64,000 bases of DNA from Candidatus Omnitrophota bacterium. GTDB lineage: Bacteria > Omnitrophota > Gorgyraeia > Aquiviventales > Aquiviventaceae. The position numbers were made by a program, and so were the translations under genes. Below are positions 63,986 to 64,000 of the stretch, piece after piece (position 1 is the stretch's first letter; each line of letters begins with the position of its first letter). Location: positions 42,154 through 106,153 of the forward strand of contig JACPAY010000003.1 of assembly GCA_016180575.1 (NCBI GenBank), in the 5' to 3' direction. A model generated the notes under the pieces. It was not told the origin of the DNA. It made no database searches and worked only from the letters and a program-made list of their open reading frames with translations.

Positions 63986-64000
63986 CAGCCAGACCGCGGC

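Overview
GC-rich bacterial chromosomal segment (roughly two-thirds G+C by eye, not computed). Every convincing gene except one (26773..27306) is on the minus strand. From left to right it contains seven blocks. (1) Housekeeping genes: mreC (5' fragment), mreB, aroA, a coiled-coil membrane protein, bioD, bioF with a co-operonic Rossmann oxidoreductase (possible BioA substitute), and a LacI-family regulator. (2) A ~16 kb type IV filament / T2SS-like operon (7756-23890): platform protein, I/J/K-like minor pseudopilins including a ~1000-aa K-like protein, an Ig-repeat protein, a PilM-PilN/GspL-like fusion, PilO/GspM-like and PilP/GspC-like proteins, a coiled-coil/TPR protein and two tandem secretins. 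No ATPase or major pilin lies in the window. (3) A ROK-family regulator. (4) A ~7 kb cluster (25170-32045) arranged like a chaperone-usher fibre system but with an atypical outer-membrane component, a lipoprotein made of three fused subunit-like domains, and a conserved structured leader. (5) A glycan-utilisation block: GH94 phosphorylase, a 1234-aa double TIM-barrel hydrolase, a 3 x 127-aa repeat protein and an ABC sugar transporter without its ATPase. (6) A PilZ protein. (7) A ~20.6 kb block of two giant ORFs (2747 aa and >=3568 aa) flanking a 511-aa secreted protein. Three families of short intergenic repeats are visible by eye. I recognised no rRNA, tRNA, CRISPR array, transposase, integrase or phage gene. 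Nearly all long plus-strand ORFs in the track are antisense shadows of minus-strand genes. The best candidates for an undescribed system are the fibre cluster with its shared leader/operator module and the giant-gene module. All family assignments come from motifs I read in the translations; no database search was run.
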